From NCBI GenBank assembly GCA_051294905.1, contig CM119371.1, positions 26,600,001 through 26,664,000 on the forward strand: 64,000 nucleotides of DNA. The letters run 5' to 3'. A model generated the notes under the pieces. That model was given only the letters and a program-made list of their open reading frames with translations, was not told where the DNA came from and searched no databases. The position numbers and the translations under genes are program-made. Position 1 is the stretch's first letter. Every line of letters begins with the position of its first letter. Shown here one piece after another: positions 61,773 to 64,000 of this stretch. The DNA comes from Botryllus schlosseri. Its lineage: Eukaryota.

Positions 61773-62054
61773 ATTATAATCACCTTAAAGTTGTTTTTCA
61801 CAATTTTTCAATGGATATTAAGGGTGGGTTTCAAAAAGTTGTCTTAATTTAGACCTGGCTTAAGGCCAGTGATTGACTTGCTCAAGACGCCAGACGTCGG
61901 CGGTCTTAATTCGGTTTCAAATGTCAATTTGGCGCCGCGATCGGCCAAGTCCGTTAGTTGCGAGTAATTACTGTCTACTTCGTCGCTGTAGCGAGTTCAA
62001 CACGGAACCGAGGCCAGTTGTTATTGTTTTGAGTTGCTTGCTGATGTCGTATAG

Positions 62055-63600
62055 CAGGGGTTCTCAACCCGCGGCCCGCGGGCCGCATGCGGCCCGCAGA
62101 CGTATATTTTGCGGCCCGCGACATCTTTCATTATAAACGCAATTACTAATGACACGGTATTGTTACACATTGATTTAGATACTTCGCTCTTTTATCGCAC
62201 CGTCTCTGTTTCGTTTGATTACTCATTCTTGAAGACAGTGGTTCTCAAACTGGGGGGGCGCCTCCCCTTGGGTGCGTGAAGCATCTGAAGGGGGCGCGAA
62301 GCTGCGGTCAACTGAAAAAAAATTCGCGCTGCGCGCAATTTATCCCAATTCATAGTTATTTCTCTGTATATAGTCCGAATTCCTTATTTGAGAATTCTTT
62401 AATCAACGGCTATAACCTTCTATGCTAGCATTCTGGTTGCATTTTGTTATATGACGATAAGGGGGCACGAAATTTTTCCCTATCAAAAGGGGGGGGGGGG
62501 CGTGACTAAGGAAAGTTTGAGAACCACTGCTTCAATGTGTTCTCGTTTCTTGATATATGCTCGAATTCAGATTGTTATTGTTTTGAATGATTATTCAGCT
62601 GGACTCTGGTTCAAGAGAATCCCGCTACTTAGTAGGCCTACACTTTTAAAGAGTGTTTTACTCACTGCGAACGGTTGTTGAGATTGCCGACGACGTTACA
62701 GAAGCATCGTTTAAAATTGCTTCGAATATCACTAAACCCAAGAAATCTGATATAGAAGGTGCGATTTCAATGAAATTGTAACATACTTTGCTAATATTCG
62801 CTGTTTCCGGAACTTAGCAGCAAAGACAACATCACCTGACAAATTTCCAAGATACAATCATTTGATTCAATCCTGACCAGACAAGTAACATCAATACCAG
62901 TCAATCTTTAATCGCCTGTTCTGAAACACGTTGCAGCGTAGACTACTTTTACACAGCCTTGGATGAATCCACCGACATTGTATAACTAATTATTTGGTTG
63001 AATTTTATCAGAGTGGACATATATGTAGAGAAATGCTGGTTGGGCAAACGTTGAGAGGGGACCAGCGAAAAATATCAACTTGACAAAGCTGACTTCTGTA
63101 GCTATTGGTACAGGGCCCCAGGCATGAACGGAAAGGAGAAAGGTTGATTGGTTTGCTCAGAAATGCCCCCAAACACCAGACTTCTTCTCATATCACTCAG
63201 AGCTCAATGTGATAATGGTCTCAGTAAGGCAAAAGTTATATTAATTTTAAACTTGCTCGCCCACGCATTGGAACAGAGAGTTCGGCTCTCCGGTGGAAGG
63301 ATTTGAAGTTGCATATACTGACTTGACAACGAATGTAATGCACCCTCCATGAAGGGATTTGCATGCGTCGCTAGAAGATACATATTCTCACGAGCAGCAG
63401 CTGCAAACTTACGAACGCTGTCCATTATTACTTTATAATGCATAGAAATGTACTAAATGCCGGTATACGACTGGTAAATAGGCTACAATAGCCTAAATTT
63501 AATAGTAGCCCATGAATACAAGGTAACATTGTTCTGCGGCCCGCAGCGTCTTTTTCTGTTAAAATGCGGCCCGTGATACTAGGGAAGTTGAGAACCCCTG
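62055..63600 (+). mobile_element. Defective Charlie/Buster-type hAT element
   Basis: TIR caggggttctcaac; perfect TSD tcgtatag; ALDESTDI transposase motif at ~62955-62980; related left end at ~7517. Confidence 0.9.
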
Positions 63601-63779
63601 TCGTATAGTATGGTAGCGATGCTGTGAAGGAATACGGAATTGCTTGAGTTGTTGAAATTTACGGACGGATGATCAGAACGGAACCCCGAGGAAGTATCTG
63701 GCAAATGATCAGCACGTTATCGCAAAGTATTCGAAGAAATAGTGCGGCTGTGATACCGATTTTTGAAGACACAACTGCC

Positions 63780-63980
63780 CAGCATTTTGGCATATTAATT
63801 GATGAAGATTATGCTCTTGGAGATGCTGAATCTCCACTGAGGACCTATTACTCACGCCACTATTATGCCCAAGAACTTTGACCGAAAAAAGTCACTATTG
63901 TTTTCATGCATATCGTTACCCTCTGGCAGAGCGCAGTGCTACCCTCTGGCAGAGCGCAGTGCTTTGTGTTGAAGAAAATA
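63780..63980 (+). pseudogene. Possible PIF/Harbinger transposase remnant
   Basis: YALGDAESPLRTY resembles the LGD..YPL motif; otherwise decayed; 23-bp tandem duplication at ~63917-63962. Confidence 0.35.
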
Positions 63981-64000
63981 TCTCGCGCATTGGCTATATT

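Overview
Eukaryotic, transposon-saturated DNA with no confidently supported host protein-coding gene. A spliced-leader (SL) motif recalled from stolidobranch ascidians (ATTGGAGTATTTGGTTGTATTAAG; needs verification) suggests a tunicate genome. Contents: (1) 2.7-7.4 kb, a duplicated, mostly decayed tRNA cluster (Ile, Tyr, and Thr-Ser pairs separated by only 2 nt) hit by hAT-type MITEs. (2) 10.3-15.4 kb, an intact L1/Tx1-clade LINE (ORF1 + APE/RT ORF2, 12-bp TSD, no poly-A) inside the inverted repeat of a MITE. (3) A ~1.86-kb inverted duplication (15963-17820 vs 26891-37585) whose second arm carries a near-intact hAT transposon, a four-deep nest of MITEs and a tRNA-SINE. (4) The most interesting system, 38.2-54.1 kb: a head-to-tail train of poly-A-ended retroelements (a decayed Tx1-clade LINE, a truncated fragment of another element, and copies of a highly structured ~417-bp unit). 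Four of its junctions carry sequence from the SL exon / splice-donor region, which points to SL-RNA-gene-targeted retrotransposition with a non-autonomous partner. (5) Many further MITE, foldback, CACTA-like and SINE elements. All calls come from reading the sequence; no searches were run.
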